From: Chrysomallon squamiferum
Taxonomy: Eukaryota > Animalia > Mollusca
Reading direction: 5' to 3'
Length of the DNA: 64,000 bases
NCBI GenBank assembly: GCA_012295275.1
Contig: CM022672.1
Span: 7,440,001-7,504,000, forward strand
The number at the start of each line of letters is the position of its first letter. The first letter of the stretch is position 1. A model generated the notes under the pieces. It was not told the DNA's origin and did no database searches. It saw nothing but the letters and a program-made list of their open reading frames with translations. The position numbers were made by a program, and so were the translations under genes. Shown here piece by piece: positions 16,121 to 31,339 of the stretch.

Positions 16121-18132
16121 ACATGAATAAATGCACATACACGTACACAGACACATATTGTATATAATTTGTTAAACCTTTCGCGTTAAAAGCGCACACA
16201 TGCATACTTTACACAGTATTATGACAACATATCATTTCTAAACTGTCGATTTGATTATTATTTTTTTTTTTTTTTTACGTTTTGTTCTGTTATAAAAGTG
16301 GAAGCCGATTGATAAACAGCTCGATAAAGGTTTATGGATCTATTACTGTAACGACACAGCGATATTTGAACAGAGTTAATTAGCGCTGGCTGAACACAGG
16401 AACGAGGCTCTTCACGCTGGTCAGCCAGTCTGGACTTGTTCCGAAGCCGTACCTGCAATTAACTCAAAGTCCGCGGGGCAGACAGGAAATCATCGAAAGG
16501 GATTTGTCAAATGATGTGTCTGATTGACACTTTTACTGTCCATTTATGCTAATCGTCGCATTGTGACGCTTTTGAATAATTCACTGACCACAATAGAACT
16601 GGTTATATGAGATTTCGAGAGGCAGTGATTTAGGCCGCTTCACCAGACAGTATCGTTGTAAAATTCAAGAGGTGTTAGTCAGGTTAAAATGAATGGCTCT
16701 GATACGTGTAGTTAGACTTCTGTTCTCGGTTTAGATCCCTGATTGCTTAAATCTGAGTGAGAAGAGGACGTAAATCTCACAGTCGTGTTTTTAATGGCAC
16801 GCAGAGTGATGAGCCTTGCAGAGTCTGTGAGCAAACTTTCTACATTTCTCACTCTAAGGATTAACCAGTCACTTTGTTTGTCTCAGTAAAACAGAGCAAT
16901 AAAGCTTATTTGTTCTATTATAACATATTTTGGGGCTTTGACATATTTGATAAAATGTTTCTTACAGCTGTGAAACCCTACTTTCTTCTGATTTACTACG
17001 TTACTTCTTACAGAGGCAAAATTACTTCCTTCTGTTCTGCTCCACAACTACTTTGAAACCTAACAATAGTTTTTCTTTCTTTCTGTTATACTACTTCTTA
17101 GAGTGCTGACCGCACTTCCTTCTGTTCTACTACATTACTTCTTATCTATGATCAGTTTCGATATGATACTCGATACATCTCTCAGGATTATATTATCGTC
17201 TGCTGTTCGAATACAAATTTTTCATGAAGTTCTGGCAACATCGTTTTACGGTTTAACGTGTTCTTCTAGTATTTCACAAAGCGGTTAAAGCAATCAGACG
17301 GTTTTAGCATCTTGTAACCGATATCTGATATATCTCGATATATTCAGATATTCATTTACTAGTCGTATATTACTTATCACCGATGATACCATTTTGAATT
17401 CTCTGATTCTACTTATGGCAAGAAACCCAATCAATAACCCGTTAAGACGTTTCGTTTAAAACGTAGCCTTTCCGTTGAAACCGTTATCCAGAGGAAAAGA
17501 AACTCACTTTGGTCACGTTTATTGCATTAAGCACCGTGTTTGGCTACAGAATAACCAACTTGTTAGCGTGGTGTAAAAATTTCTTGATGAACTGGCCCGA
17601 GTGTGATTGAGAGCCTAGGGTGGAGTCTTACAAATTAAGTACAGCAAAGCAAAGCTCTTTAATTGGACAACTGATACAGCGGACTTTGTGTTGTGTTACG
17701 AGATGAGACAATTTCCTGCAGCCGATGAAACACATCGAGTAACAAGACAAACATACAGATGGCCGATGGGGCAATCACTGTCCAGTGTACGGCATATGAT
17801 AGCCACAAATTGCCATTTCCAATCATCTAAATTTCATTGCCTGCACAAGGCTTTTGCGAATTTCCCGGTAATTCTCCATTTTCAGGAAATTTTCGCCAGT
17901 AGACTGATTCTAATAGAGTGGAGATGAAGATGGTGTAGTGAAAAAGACAGAGGAGAAGGGATTTTGAATGATGCTGGTGAGAGAGGCGGAGAAACAGATT
18001 GGTCAGAACAGAAATAAAGAGTGAAAGCAGAGAAACAGAAATTGATTACTGTGGAAACAGACATGTAACTTACGTTAGATCATTATGGAGATATGTTGGA
18101 TTTTTTAATTTTATATTATTTATAAAGGGATT

Positions 18133-18135
<3 letters not shown>

Positions 18136-18216
<81 letters not shown>
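18136..18216. repeat. (GA)n microsatellite
   Basis: Directly visible. Confidence 0.97.
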
Positions 18217-18220
<4 letters not shown>

Positions 18221-18429
18221 AAATTGATATTTATAAAAGGCAAAGGCCAAAAGAAACCTAATTTGAATATATTTGATCTTTAATTCACCAGATTAATTTA
18301 ATGCCCTCGAGGATCATTTTATCTGTGTAAATACGATTTCATGTATGAATATTATGTATGTAAGTTTTTTGCTATGAATAATCTCTGTCTTATGTATGAA
18401 CGTCTGATTAGACTCTGCACATAGACAAT

Positions 18430-18540
18430 ATTCGAGAACGCACTGACACAGGAAGACAATCACGACTCACAAACCCGTCAGATGCCGCTGACGAGAGTCG
18501 AACGTATGGCAGCCATTCGCCCGCACTCCGAAGGCGGTTA
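18430..18540 (-). mobile_element. tRNA-derived SINE-like head fragment
   Basis: The minus strand reads ...CGTTCGACTCTCGTCAGCGGCA..., a Pol III B-box (GTTCGACTC, 18495-18503) plus a tRNA-like 3' arm, in a GC/CpG-rich patch. No complete cloverleaf is visible. Confidence 0.45.
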
Positions 18541-21500
18541 TGATGTATATATATGTATGTATGTATCTATAAATATGTATGTATGTGTGTGTATGTGTGT
18601 GTGTGTGTGTGTATCCATGTGTAGGTAGGTAGGTATAAATGTATTTGTATATTATTTTTTATTTTATTTTCACCAACCTTTTAGTGAACGTCGACACAGA
18701 ATTATATGCCTCTACGCATAAAGTGTATAAACAGTATAAAACTATTAATATTTCATAAAATATTACTCCCTTGATTAATATGGACATTTGTAGGAAATAT
18801 TCCAGACACAAAGCAAAATAATAATAATAATAATAATAATAATGATAATAATGATGATGATGACGATGATGATAATGAAAATGATAATGATAATAATAAT
18901 AATAAATAAATAAATAAAATAAAATAAAACAAAACAAAACAATGTTGTATAATGACCCCTCGCGACACTAGGAGGGCATGGGACATTGTACTTATTCTTC
19001 ATATCACAATATAAAATTTATTTTAGGGCCGAACGTTAAAAAGTATTTCAAATAGGTCGCAGATTATTTTTAAAATCTAAATTTCGTGTAAAAGATGTTA
19101 CTATATTTTGCTTGTTTCTTTGTTTGTTTGAACCCAGAAGACTAATCTTTTCTAATAAATGAAATATCACATTACTGAGTTCGAGAATGAAAACATTTTT
19201 CAGTTCTGTCATTTCTTAGCGACTACAAGGAAAAAAATAAGAAATCAGTCTTCACGCCTCTTATTTTAATTATTATTCTATACTTCTATTTTATTTATGG
19301 CACCTGAATATTTTTTATTCTTTTTAAAAAATCTGACTTTCGTATCAAGATTAGTTAAAACAGTATCTTTTTAAGTTAATGGCGACAAATCGAATGCAAA
19401 TACGAACGTAAAGAGTTTTTCTATTTTGACATCCAAAATTTACTTGAATATTTGTAATTAGCTTAATGAAATCGAGTAAGTGAATATATCGTGAACGATC
19501 GCTTGATTAAAAACGTGAAGAAAAAAATCCTTGTTTCATATTGTCAAAAGACCAATTCCAGTCGCATTTCGTCACTTGAAAATTAAATAGTTTCCCTCCA
19601 TGAAAATATTCGCCTCAGCGGATTTCTACAAGGGAAGTTAGGCAAGCTTGGGAGAAAATAGAAATGGAAAACGATTTTCAGTTAACTATATTATTAGCAG
19701 AGAACGTGCAATTTATTTCCAAAGAGGATCTGCATTTGCATTTCCTTCTTCAGTTTAAGTCAAATTAAGTAGTTTGGCGTTTAACGACTAGGAAACCATT
19801 AGCTGTTACGTCTTCTGTAGGTAACTATAGTATGTGCGCTAACAGACGAAATAATATATTTAAAGCCAATAGTTATTCGTTTGTAGTACGAGACGCTTAT
19901 CGTTACGGTATCGGTCTAAGAGCAGCAGAGGTGGACTGGTGGTCTGACTGTGGCGTAACAAAATCTAAAATGTGGGTATCATCTTGTTAAAATGTCGTCT
20001 TCCGTCGTTGATTGATTAAAACATTTTTATGCAGACTTGAACTATTTTTAGCACAGTGATGTTTATTCAAGAACAAGATCACTGAAATAAACTACTACCT
20101 AAATCTTTGATTAAGTTTCTAGGATATCTTTTGTAATGAAAATCGAAGCTCAAATACTCTTTCCACTGATTGTTACAAGATTGATTTTGGTGTCTTTTTA
20201 CGACCTCGCTGCTAAAATATGCTCTCCTGTGCAGATTATTACTGTAATAAAGTGGGTAGTTTCGCGTTTTATGATCAAGTTACAACGTCTAGAAACTTCA
20301 GATAAATCTTCAGATCTGATCGAACATGTCACTGTTATAAAAAAAAAAAAAAAAGACAAAAAAAACATTTTAGGAAACCAGTCTGTTTGTATAATTAAAA
20401 GTATATGCTTGAAAGTGATTTTGAACGCGTGTGCGTGCAAGAGTGCATGTCAGTACGAACTGACCAATATTATATGTACTGATTCGAACTAAACAGGCAG
20501 ACTCTTTGATAATTATAAGATAGTGACCGCCACCTTGGTTCGGATATTTTTATTACAACTCTTTAACTTAATAATGGTTTCTGCTAATACTACAAGTATT
20601 GATAGATGGATAAAAGTGTAAAAATTAGACAGTAATTAAATGCACATATATCTATAATTTTATCGAATTCAGTATAGAGGGTCGACATTGTAAACAACAT
20701 GTAAATCATTTAGATGTTCAAAGACAGTATTAGCATCATTCCTCGGTTCACTGTCAGTTAATATACGCAGGTATTAGCTACAGAAGCATGGTCTGATAAA
20801 TCTAAAGAACGGACACAGTGAAAAGGAAGACTGATTGCTTCATAAACCCTACAGACTTATTGTTCTGTGCAAGTTTGGCTTTAAACTAATTGTCGACTTT
20901 AGACGAATCGGTTCGTGTCCTTTAACAGTAATGAAATTTCGGTGATTGGCAATTTATGGCCATCTCAGCCATTCAATAAACATTGATTGCCAATTTGGCT
21001 AACTATCCGTGTGACTTGTGACACGCTATGTTGTATTTGTTGCAGTAAATTGGTGGAAAATACAACAGAATAATGTCAGTGTCAGAATAGAAATAGCTAA
21101 TCAAAATATACAATGAAATACATTCTTCTCGTTATGATTTAAGTATTATTATTTTAAAAAGCAAATAATTATCAAACACCAGTAGCTTTTTATTTTTTTT
21201 TTTTTTTTATTTTACAATTATCTTTGATAAAAAGAACACCTTAAAATTGGATTACTCAATTTGAAAATGCCAAGTATTGATAGAAAATCTTATAGGTTAA
21301 TTTGTAACAAATGTGAATTGTAACCGTGTTTGCTCTGTTATGTTTTTCCTGTAGCGAACACTGCTTCACATCTGTGTTCCTCCAACTTTCAGCTTAATTA
21401 TGTTACTGTCTTTGCATTTTATATTCTGTAGTGTAAGTGTAGATTGAAGGATTGCGTCCTGCATGGTGTATTTTATACTCTCGACTCTTCAACTGTATCC

Positions 21501-24183
21501 TATCCACTTCATATTGTTGGTGTGGTACTACGTTCTCCTTCAGTTTTGTTTTATTTCCTGTCTGGTCCATGTTCCAGTCTTTTTCTTGCCTATTTCCTTG
21601 TTCTGTTCTCTGTTCGACATTTTCTATATTCTGCTCTGCTCTGTTTTGACTTATTATATCTGCAGTAGTTACTAATCTATCCTACCTTTTCTATTATCCG
21701 CTTAGTTCTATTTTGCTAATTCCTCTAAAAACAGAATCTATATCATGTTCTGTTCTATGCTCAAACTACTTCATATTCTTCTCAAATTTTTTTTTTTTTT
21801 TTTTTATCTATACTACATTCTTTTCTCACTGTTTGTTTTGCTGTATTCTACATTTATCACGTATATTATATACATGTTAGTGTTCTATGGTATAGTAAAG
21901 TGTGTTATATTGCACTGTACGTCAAGCTTGGCTTTGTATGGTGTTTACAAAACCAATATAATTAGAGTAAGAAAGCCAAAATGTAAACTGGACTAATCAG
22001 ACTGGGTAAACTGATGGACATTAATTTTTACAATAACGTTTATTAGTGAACAAAAGACAGAGAGAGAGACAGACATACAGACAGACCGATATGATAATAT
22101 TTTCATGAATAGATGGATAAACTCGGTAAAAGAGGATAGACAGATAGACAGATAGATCGGTAGATAAAGAAGTATTTAATATAACCAACACCAATGGACA
22201 AAATTTAGTAACACCATATTCTTTTTCTCTTTTGCCAAATAGAATGGTTTTATTTAATATTGTTTTCTATTCTTTCTTCTTCTTTTTTCATTTTTTTTTT
22301 TTTTCAGCTTTATTATTATTTTATTATTATTTTTAATTTAATTTATTGTATTTATTTAATCATTTATTCATTTTTTGTTTATATATGTCAAAGTAAGCCA
22401 GTTCTCTCAGTCGTGTTGATTGCGTTAAACGTTAAAAATAAAACAATTAAAAAGACTAATGTTATTACTGTGTCCGCCGAGCGACACATCCTGTGCTGGG
22501 GGAAAACAATTAACAAGAAGAAAAAACACGATTTCGATATTCCGACTTTTAAATGTCACTTGCATAATAGAGTAATTTTATTTACATTCTTAATGCAACT
22601 GTCAGAGGAAACCTAACATAAAGCTAAGTTCTAGTGATGCAGTTCAAAGTCTGTCCATGTTTTGGATATCTTGACTGAGATGCGAATGGCCAAGGGAACG
22701 AAACGGCTCAGTGGCTGTTAGTTAAACAAGTGTATGTGACGTAGTTTCTGAAAGACACTTAAAAAGAAAAACAGACGCTTTAACGATCACTTTTTACTTC
22801 GTAACAACCGTTACTAATTCAAAAAGTTACAAATATAAAATATTTCTTGTTTAATGCTATCTCGATACATTTGTAATATTACTAGCTATTTTTTTACTCA
22901 TTTTTTTATTATTTTTTTTTTTATTTTTTATTTTTTATTTTTTATTTTTTTTTTTATTTTTTATTTAATAAAGAAGCATAAGGGCAAAAATATCGGTCAA
23001 TAATTAAAGACTAACAGCAATGTACTTTTTTTTTGTGAGCCTTAACATAAACGTAATCACATATCAAAGTCTATGATAAACGAGATATAATATATTAGCT
23101 GCTTCACACTGTACATTGCCAGGCATTATGACAAGATAAAAGATTAAAAAAAAAAAAAGAGAGAAAAAAAAAAAAATAGCAAAGTAAATTTTCATTACTG
23201 GATCTAATTTTATTTACACGAAAAAAAAAAAAAAATAATAATTTTTTTTTTTCTTTTTCCGCCTTCTTATATTTTTTACCTCAGTAATTCAGATTTTAAA
23301 TTATTATTATTTATACTATTATTTTTTCTATCCTCTGTTAATTCATTTGCTTCTGTTGTCTGGATTTTCTCGTTCCAATCTGTCTCATACAATTTCTTTT
23401 TCTTTTCCTAGACCGCCATTTAGTCTCTGCCTCTTAAAATACTAATCTGAAACACTGATGCTAAGGGGAATAGGAGCGGGTCCCAGGACGCGAGACTCAC
23501 AGACTAAAGACTACAGAGACCACATTTGATGAAGTATCCGAAAAACCAGGCCGACGTAAGCCAAGCCAGGCGTATGATTTGCATGAAACGTAAGTCAAAA
23601 GGCATCATGACTGGGGTAACATCTCTGAAAAAGCTTCTTGACAAAATCGATAGGTTCATAGTGTGGGCCACAAGATATTGATTCATCAACACATCAGCTG
23701 AAAATAATCTTTTTGCCAATAATCCGTCTATGAAGATATGATGTTATCACCGCGGAAGATACAGAAAAGGAGCCCGTAGAATGAAACTCTGTCTGGTTAA
23801 GAAGCATTATTCTCGCACCATCCAAGAATCTTCGAGATTACATTTTCGTTAGTTTTCGTTATCGACGACGTCTTGTCTTTTCGATAAGTGATGCTAAATA
23901 ATCATTCAAACGACTTCTATTTATACTAACTTATTTTGTAATGACCTCACAGGATGTGGTCTAGAAAACTATTTCTTGAGGTTTCTGAGTGATTTTATAG
24001 TAAACCTTTGTTCAAATGGTCTAAATGCTCTTTAAATTATTGCTAGGAATATTAGTTATTATACAGTATGTCAGTGGTTCATAATCTTTTGAAGTCTGGT
24101 TCATCAAATACCGTGATGTGCCTTTCCATAGGTGCATATAAAAAAAAATACACTGCTTTTAATCCTACAAAAAATATTAATAA

Positions 24184-24218
<35 letters not shown>

Positions 24219-24345
24219 ATTTAAAAATTATAATATTAAAAGTAATAACAACAAAGGGATAGCGAGTTTCTTTTCTCATTATCTGTAAGATCTGTATGAT
24301 GCAGTATAATCGTAAGTTTAAAGTGTGTCGATAAATAATGAGCAA

Positions 24346-24347
<2 letters not shown>

Positions 24348-24437
<90 letters not shown>

Positions 24438-24500
24438 GTTTGTTTGTTTTTTTTTTTTTTTTTTTTTTTTTTATTTTTTTTTTTTTTTATTATTATTATT
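24348..24500. repeat. Compound (ATT)n(GTT)n(T)n microsatellite
   Basis: Directly visible. Confidence 0.93.
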
Positions 24501-24996
24501 TTCAGTCTTAGTTACATGCTTAACAAGTTAGTTTCCATGAAGCTAGATCGCCTAAATATAGTCATTTTTTTTTTCTTTAATAAATATTCAGAAATCAGAC
24601 AAAAATCAGATCTTTCAGTGAATATGTTTAGACTGGTTTGCAAACTGTTCAATTAAAATATTTTAACAACTTGTAAGAGTTTAACGACAGAAGATATAAT
24701 TATGCAAAATTACACATCCCTGTTCCCTAGACATAGTGTTGAAATAAGGGAAGTAACATTCGATTGGTTTTCAAGCATTTATTAAAAAGAGTTATTGCCC
24801 TTGCCGGTTGAAATTTTAAAAAATCTCACTTTATTTTTTTTTTTTTTTTTTTTTTTACATGCAATAAAAACTATATTTTATCTCCTTAAATATATTTCTT
24901 CTTTTTTCGTATCAATTTTAATTTGTTTATTTATTTATACATACATATGCAACAATATGCATAAAGCCACTCACAAAAATATGTTAAAAACATAAA

Positions 24997-25055
<59 letters not shown>

Positions 25056-25763
25056 GAGTGAAAGGATCGATACGATAACACAAATATGAATCATTATTTA
25101 TTTCATTTATATCTTGGGTAACGCTAAAACTTGGTAGTTTATATTACCGTAATTAAATGTTAGACAGTAAACAAAATTGACTGTATATGGATATTTACAA
25201 TCGTACAGGTTCAATCACGTCCATGAGAAGTAATTTAATAATGTAAATGAAGCTGAATATGTTTTATTGTTTCTTATCGCTACGCTCGCCGTTCTTGGCA
25301 CTTCGTCAGGAAATATCATACACAACTGTTCGTGCCTATCTATCCGATTTTTAGACGCAGCCTTAAGAGATATACACATAGCAGACGACTTCCGTCAAAA
25401 CTGAATTAGTATAATTGAAAATAAACTTCGAACAAAGGAAAGGGACGTTTATTTAACATCAGAATGTGTGTTAATATTGTTAGATGTCAGACGTATTAAT
25501 GTTATGGTCTGTAACTCTTGCAAAAGAAGAAACCCACCGGCGGAAAAGGTGATGCAATTTAGAAGTAATTATTCAAGTTCGGCTTTGAAAGTTGAAACAT
25601 TTAATAATGTGTTACTCGTGTTTTATTATTTTTTTTTTTTATTATTATTATTTATTCTCAAATATTTCTGCATATACAGCGATTATTTAATTCTAAAGAA
25701 AAGCGTAAACTAACGAAGAATGTTTATAGTGATCAAAATAAAAATATATTTTATTTATTTATT

Positions 25764-25832
<69 letters not shown>

Positions 25833-25874
25833 GTTGAGCCTTTTTTGTGTATATAAATAAGCAAAAAAAAAAAA

Positions 25875-25923
<49 letters not shown>

Positions 25924-26162
25924 TTATTTGTATTCACATAGATCTTTGAAATTATAACCATTGAAAAACTCAGACATCCTTTTAAATCAAGAAGGTTCAG
26001 CATTTTATGTACTGATAAAGCTCTGGTGGTATTGATTTTATTAAACATCCTGGATGTGCCTGTTATTTCGCCTACTTATAACTTTCATGCGTAGATGTTT
26101 ATTTACTAACTTAATTGCTTGTTTATTACTTACTTTCTTCTTTATTTTAAATTAAAAAATAC

Positions 26163-26208
<46 letters not shown>

Positions 26209-26289
26209 AAATTAATTTTAAAATAATAATCAGTAATCCATGACTAATTAACAGTGAATGGTTGTGATTTAAAAAATAATAATAATAAT

Positions 26290-26320
<31 letters not shown>

Positions 26321-27077
26321 CTCTTATACAAGTATCTATTCTGCCTTGTTAACAAAAGACCCTGATAAAACATTCTTACACTAGTTAAAATCGGTGCGTC
26401 TATCAAAGTAAACAATCTATACGGATCTATTTCTGTAAACCGAAGACGCCAAATCCACCTGCGATAATTTACCTGTACTTGAATAATAACGTTGCCGGAT
26501 TGTCAGGCAAGCTTCGACACGCTCCGGCAGAGGTACATTCTATACACAAATACCTCATAGAACCCAACAGTTCAGTTAAACCGTATTTTAACGTAAATGC
26601 TTTATATACAACATGACGTTCAAATCAAAACGTATTGTTTTACTGTCGCATTAACGTAACGAGGGGATGTTTGTTTCGATGTGAAATGTACAACGGAGGA
26701 AAACAAACGAAGAAATGGACAATGTTTGTTTTGCGTGTGGTGTATACATATTGTTATAGCCGAGATTGAGCAAGCCTTCTGGGATACATGCCAGATATGA
26801 CTTATAATGTACTCATGGTATGAAAGACGGATACTGACTTAGCAGGTTTGTTTATATATGTCATTTATCAATTATTTATTTTGACGTATTAGAGATAAAT
26901 TAAGTAGTTCTTCGACTAAATGTGTCATGTTATATTTAATTTAATTTTGTAGAGATTTTGAAATTTATTTTTATTCGTAGAATTATTATAGTCATTACTT
27001 GGATAAATATGGATTCCTTTTGTGAGATATAGTTGTGTCCTAACAAATGGTATAGGTTATAAGCGCTCTGTCACCCT

Positions 27078-27154
<77 letters not shown>

Positions 27155-28613
27155 TTAATGTGTGTGTGTAAGTGTGTGGCTGTATGTGTATGTGCATGCT
27201 ACATGTATGTGTATCGTATTGTTACATGTCGACTTCAACTATTTATATACATACGGTAAATGTACTGATAAACATGAATACTTATATCTCGCAATTTTGA
27301 AAGAACTTAGGAAACAGTTTACTTAAGTAGACATTTTTTTAAATTCTTATTGTATATTTATTTACCTATTTTAAATTGGACTCTAAGCCTAATAACAGGT
27401 ATAATGTTTTCTGGACCACTTCCTCAATAATTTAAGACGTACTCCATTGAAAATATTGTACTGATTTGCACACTGCGTGAAAACCAATCTGCTGGAAGTA
27501 ATGTGCATTCGACTTTTCGAAATGTATGGCAAGTGATAATTACTGAAGGAAAAGATTGCATAATATTCAGTTACAGATACCGTTTGTCCTGATTGCAGTA
27601 TACAGCGAGTTACAGTTTAATGAGATGTTAGTGTAACGGAATAAAAATATTATTTAAAATACGTCAAACATATTATTTTTTTTTTTTGTTCTTTTGTTTG
27701 TTTGATGTTCGTGTTACTTTAAAAAACAGCCATGATGATTAATAATCGCTTCCCTCACAAGAAAATAAATAAATAAAATACGAAAGGAACGAAAACGAAT
27801 CCCCTTAAATCACAGACATATACAGCCCAATGTAAACAAATACAACCGTTCATTCTGCGAAACTTGAACATAGATTATTTACTTTGAAGATATGATCAAA
27901 ACATTTTATATATTACTTATATTACAGGTGTGGTCACGTTAATTATCTTTTCAAGAAAGTGAATACTGTTTTTAAATGTTCACTGTAATAAAATACTATA
28001 CAGCTTACTTGCTATCGAGCATTTCTGTAAAACATCGTGGTATTAGCTTCACGGTTAGAACGCGGGAATGTAGCCGGTCCAACGATCAAACATTTAGATT
28101 ATTTCCCAGGCTAATGTAGAAAAACTGGGATGCGCTGTTCAGAAGGTGAATAAAAAGAAACCTTGGTGTTCATTTAGAAAAATAATAAATAAAAAAAATC
28201 TCTTTGAAACTTCAGTTATATCAGAAATACAACGTTTGACATAAAATAGTAGTAATAGTTCAAGTAGTAATAGTAATACTAGTAAGCATTAGTTGTAGTA
28301 ATAGTAGTAGTGTAGTAATGGCAGCAGTAGTTGTAGTAGTAGTTATTAATGAACTTAAACCTATTGTTAATTAACAGGTATTGTTTAGTGGGGTTTTTTT
28401 TGGGGGGGGTCATTTGTTTAATTAAATTTACCTTCATATAAAATTAATTTAAACAAAACAGAAATTATCCACACTGAAATATTTAATGGCCATTTGTCCA
28501 ATTATAAGAATTAATTAAGCTACAGAAATAATTAATTACCCTTAAATATATTTGACATAATTACTTATCGATCGAAAAAAAGTTTTGACACTTTCGAAAC
28601 TAATCTTGAATTC

Positions 28614-28614
<1 letters not shown>

Positions 28615-28708
<94 letters not shown>
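28615..28708. repeat. (CT)n microsatellite (similar tracts at 27083-27152, 32213-32281, 44980-45068)
   Basis: Directly visible. Confidence 0.97.
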
Positions 28709-28710
<2 letters not shown>

Positions 28711-31129
28711 GTAGTCCCTCCATAAACAGAAACATAAACATACATACAAACACACACTACTACAATTTCTCCCAGCCAGTTTATATCCATCCCCATCTTT
28801 CATTCATTCAGTTTTATTTTATTGTAATTACTTGATGACTAGCATTGAAATATTATTATTTAAATAAAGAAAATACTACTTAGAAGTTGTTTCGTATCAA
28901 ATTCGATTACTGGAGGCCTTTCCTTGAACAAGCCAGTATTATATTTCGTAATTTTTCAAAAGAACAAGCAGATTATTTAAAATCACTGTTGCAGTAAACA
29001 TTGTGATAATCTGGAAATAATCCGCGGCAAACGCCGGGTCAAACTGGAGATTAATAAACTGACACTTTACCATGATAAGTGTTATTTTGAGGAGGTGGGA
29101 TGAAATTGGGGTAAGGAACAAATACATACCTACCTACCTAAAGACATAAGACACAGTCACACAGGTATACAAATATATTTACATATTTACAAACATTTAT
29201 TTATACGTATTTACCTGCATGCCTAACCACCTACCTACCTGTGTATATACATACGTTCATAGGTTTCTTAATATATTGTTAGATGTATGACTAATCAGTC
29301 ATTAAAAAAAAAACAATTATAAAAAGTAAATAAATTCTACATTTTATTAGTATTTGTCAATTTATTTGGTCTGTCAAGAAATAGTATTGTCATTATTTAT
29401 CCTTAGATAAACTGGATATTCGTTGCAAAGCTGGATTATTTCACATAAAATGTTAACCTCCACTGAACATGTCCAGATATTTAGGCGAAGCTACGTCATT
29501 TGACTCCGATAAGTACTCGGGTTTCAATCAAAATAACCTTTTAACTGAATACGATCATAAAGTCTTACACTTGTAAGAAGTCTTGAATTTATTTCTTATA
29601 ATGCATAAATTAACAGTTTCCTTAACCACAGCACGTTTACAGAACTATAGAAGTATTTTTTAAATTTCTTTCATTGTTTTTTATCTTCAGATTTCAAAGC
29701 ACAAAATTTGTTTCATCTGCGTTTTAAATGTCCTTATTATTCTTATTTTTATGTTTGCAGTTTACCAGTTAAGATGTACATTTTCCCATACGGTTTAATT
29801 TTTAGGACTTAAATAGCATTTTGATTCTGAGAGGAAACAAAGACACAAAAGCAAAAAATCGATTACTAAAGTATTTGTAAAGTTATTCAGATCTAGTTAC
29901 AAATAAATATGTATGCCGATGTGTTTTGTGTAAATACGTTAAGTTTACTATCAGATACGATCAATGAATCGATCTTCAGTGAGTGTTAAACCTAAACACT
30001 AATTTTTAATTACTAAGTAAGAAAAATTAAGATCATACAGCGTAATAAATTATCATATTTGTATAATAAATAAATAAGTAAATAAAAATAAATAAATAAA
30101 CCAAGCATACCAAAAAAAGCTGACGACAGCATAATATTGACAACAGTGATTACATAATAATTATACTGATTGATTACTGAGGCATTGTTAGACGATTACC
30201 ACTAATTCTGTAATACGATTACGTATAAGATTAACCATATGGCATTAATTTAAATATCGTTCATTTGACGAGTGCACCCTGGGTATCTAAATAATCTAGT
30301 ACATTCTTCTTTCTTCTGTTACAGCAATTAGCTACCTGTGTGACATCATTAACTAGAATTAACTGTGAAGTTCTACATAATCAGGTGTTTTCCCCTCACT
30401 GGATCAATTCCCACTGGGGGATTAAAAGCATTATTTAATAATAATCAATGTATGTTTTGTGCATTTGCGTAAATGATTGTATGTAAGCTTGCTTGTATGT
30501 AATATATATGTAGGTATGTATGGGTGCATTTTTGTTTCTTGTTAGTACAAGATATTCATCATTAAAAATGTAAATATCTTTTTTTACATATATATATAGT
30601 ATAGTCCCTTTGATTTTCTTTCCAGTTTTTTTCTCTTTTTTTCTCCGTTCTCAATTCCGTTTATCTACCAATTTGCTTTAATTTTGTTAACTGGCTAAGT
30701 ATTAGTGTCATATATTCTATGGGACTTGGAACATACATCTCTTTCGTTTGCCATGTAGATCTTTACGGGTTAAGGAGGCGAAAGGGAGATGACGCATTGC
30801 ATACTGGGATAGCTAACATAAATCGGGGAAAGCCACAAGTTATTCTTTATTATATAACTTTTCCACTTTTGTCTCATTCTTTTCAAGGACTGAATCCATA
30901 TATCATAAAATGAGGCACTAATAACTTGGATATAATTTAAAGGCGAAATGAGTTTCATTACGACTAAATAAAGACAAATCACTTGATCAAACCGCTGTTA
31001 AAAATGAGCGTCCTTTCGTCGCATCCGTATATAGTTCTTTCCCCATTATGCCTGTGGATAACATATCTTAGTAATTAGTACTGAACATAACTATAAAGGT
31101 TTGAAATTTTAATGAAATCGGTAGGAAAA

Positions 31130-31139
31130 CGCATGCGCA
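31130..31139. promoter_or_regulatory. NRF1-like motif CGCATGCGCA, candidate KNDC1 promoter element
   Basis: Near-consensus NRF1 site in a CpG-containing patch ~1.8 kb upstream of the KNDC1 ATG. Confidence 0.35.
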
Positions 31140-31339
31140 GATTTAATACAGGTCGCAAAAGTGTGTTACGATGACACCTTTTTTTTTTTTTTTTTTTTTT
31201 TAGTGCATACAGTTATAAACAAAAATTCATTACAGATTCAGTTAAATTGATGGGTTTCTGGGGGTTTTGTTTTAATGTTCCAAAAACTGATTGCTAATGC
31301 AAATATTCGTATTATCATTATGATGGATTATCATATATA

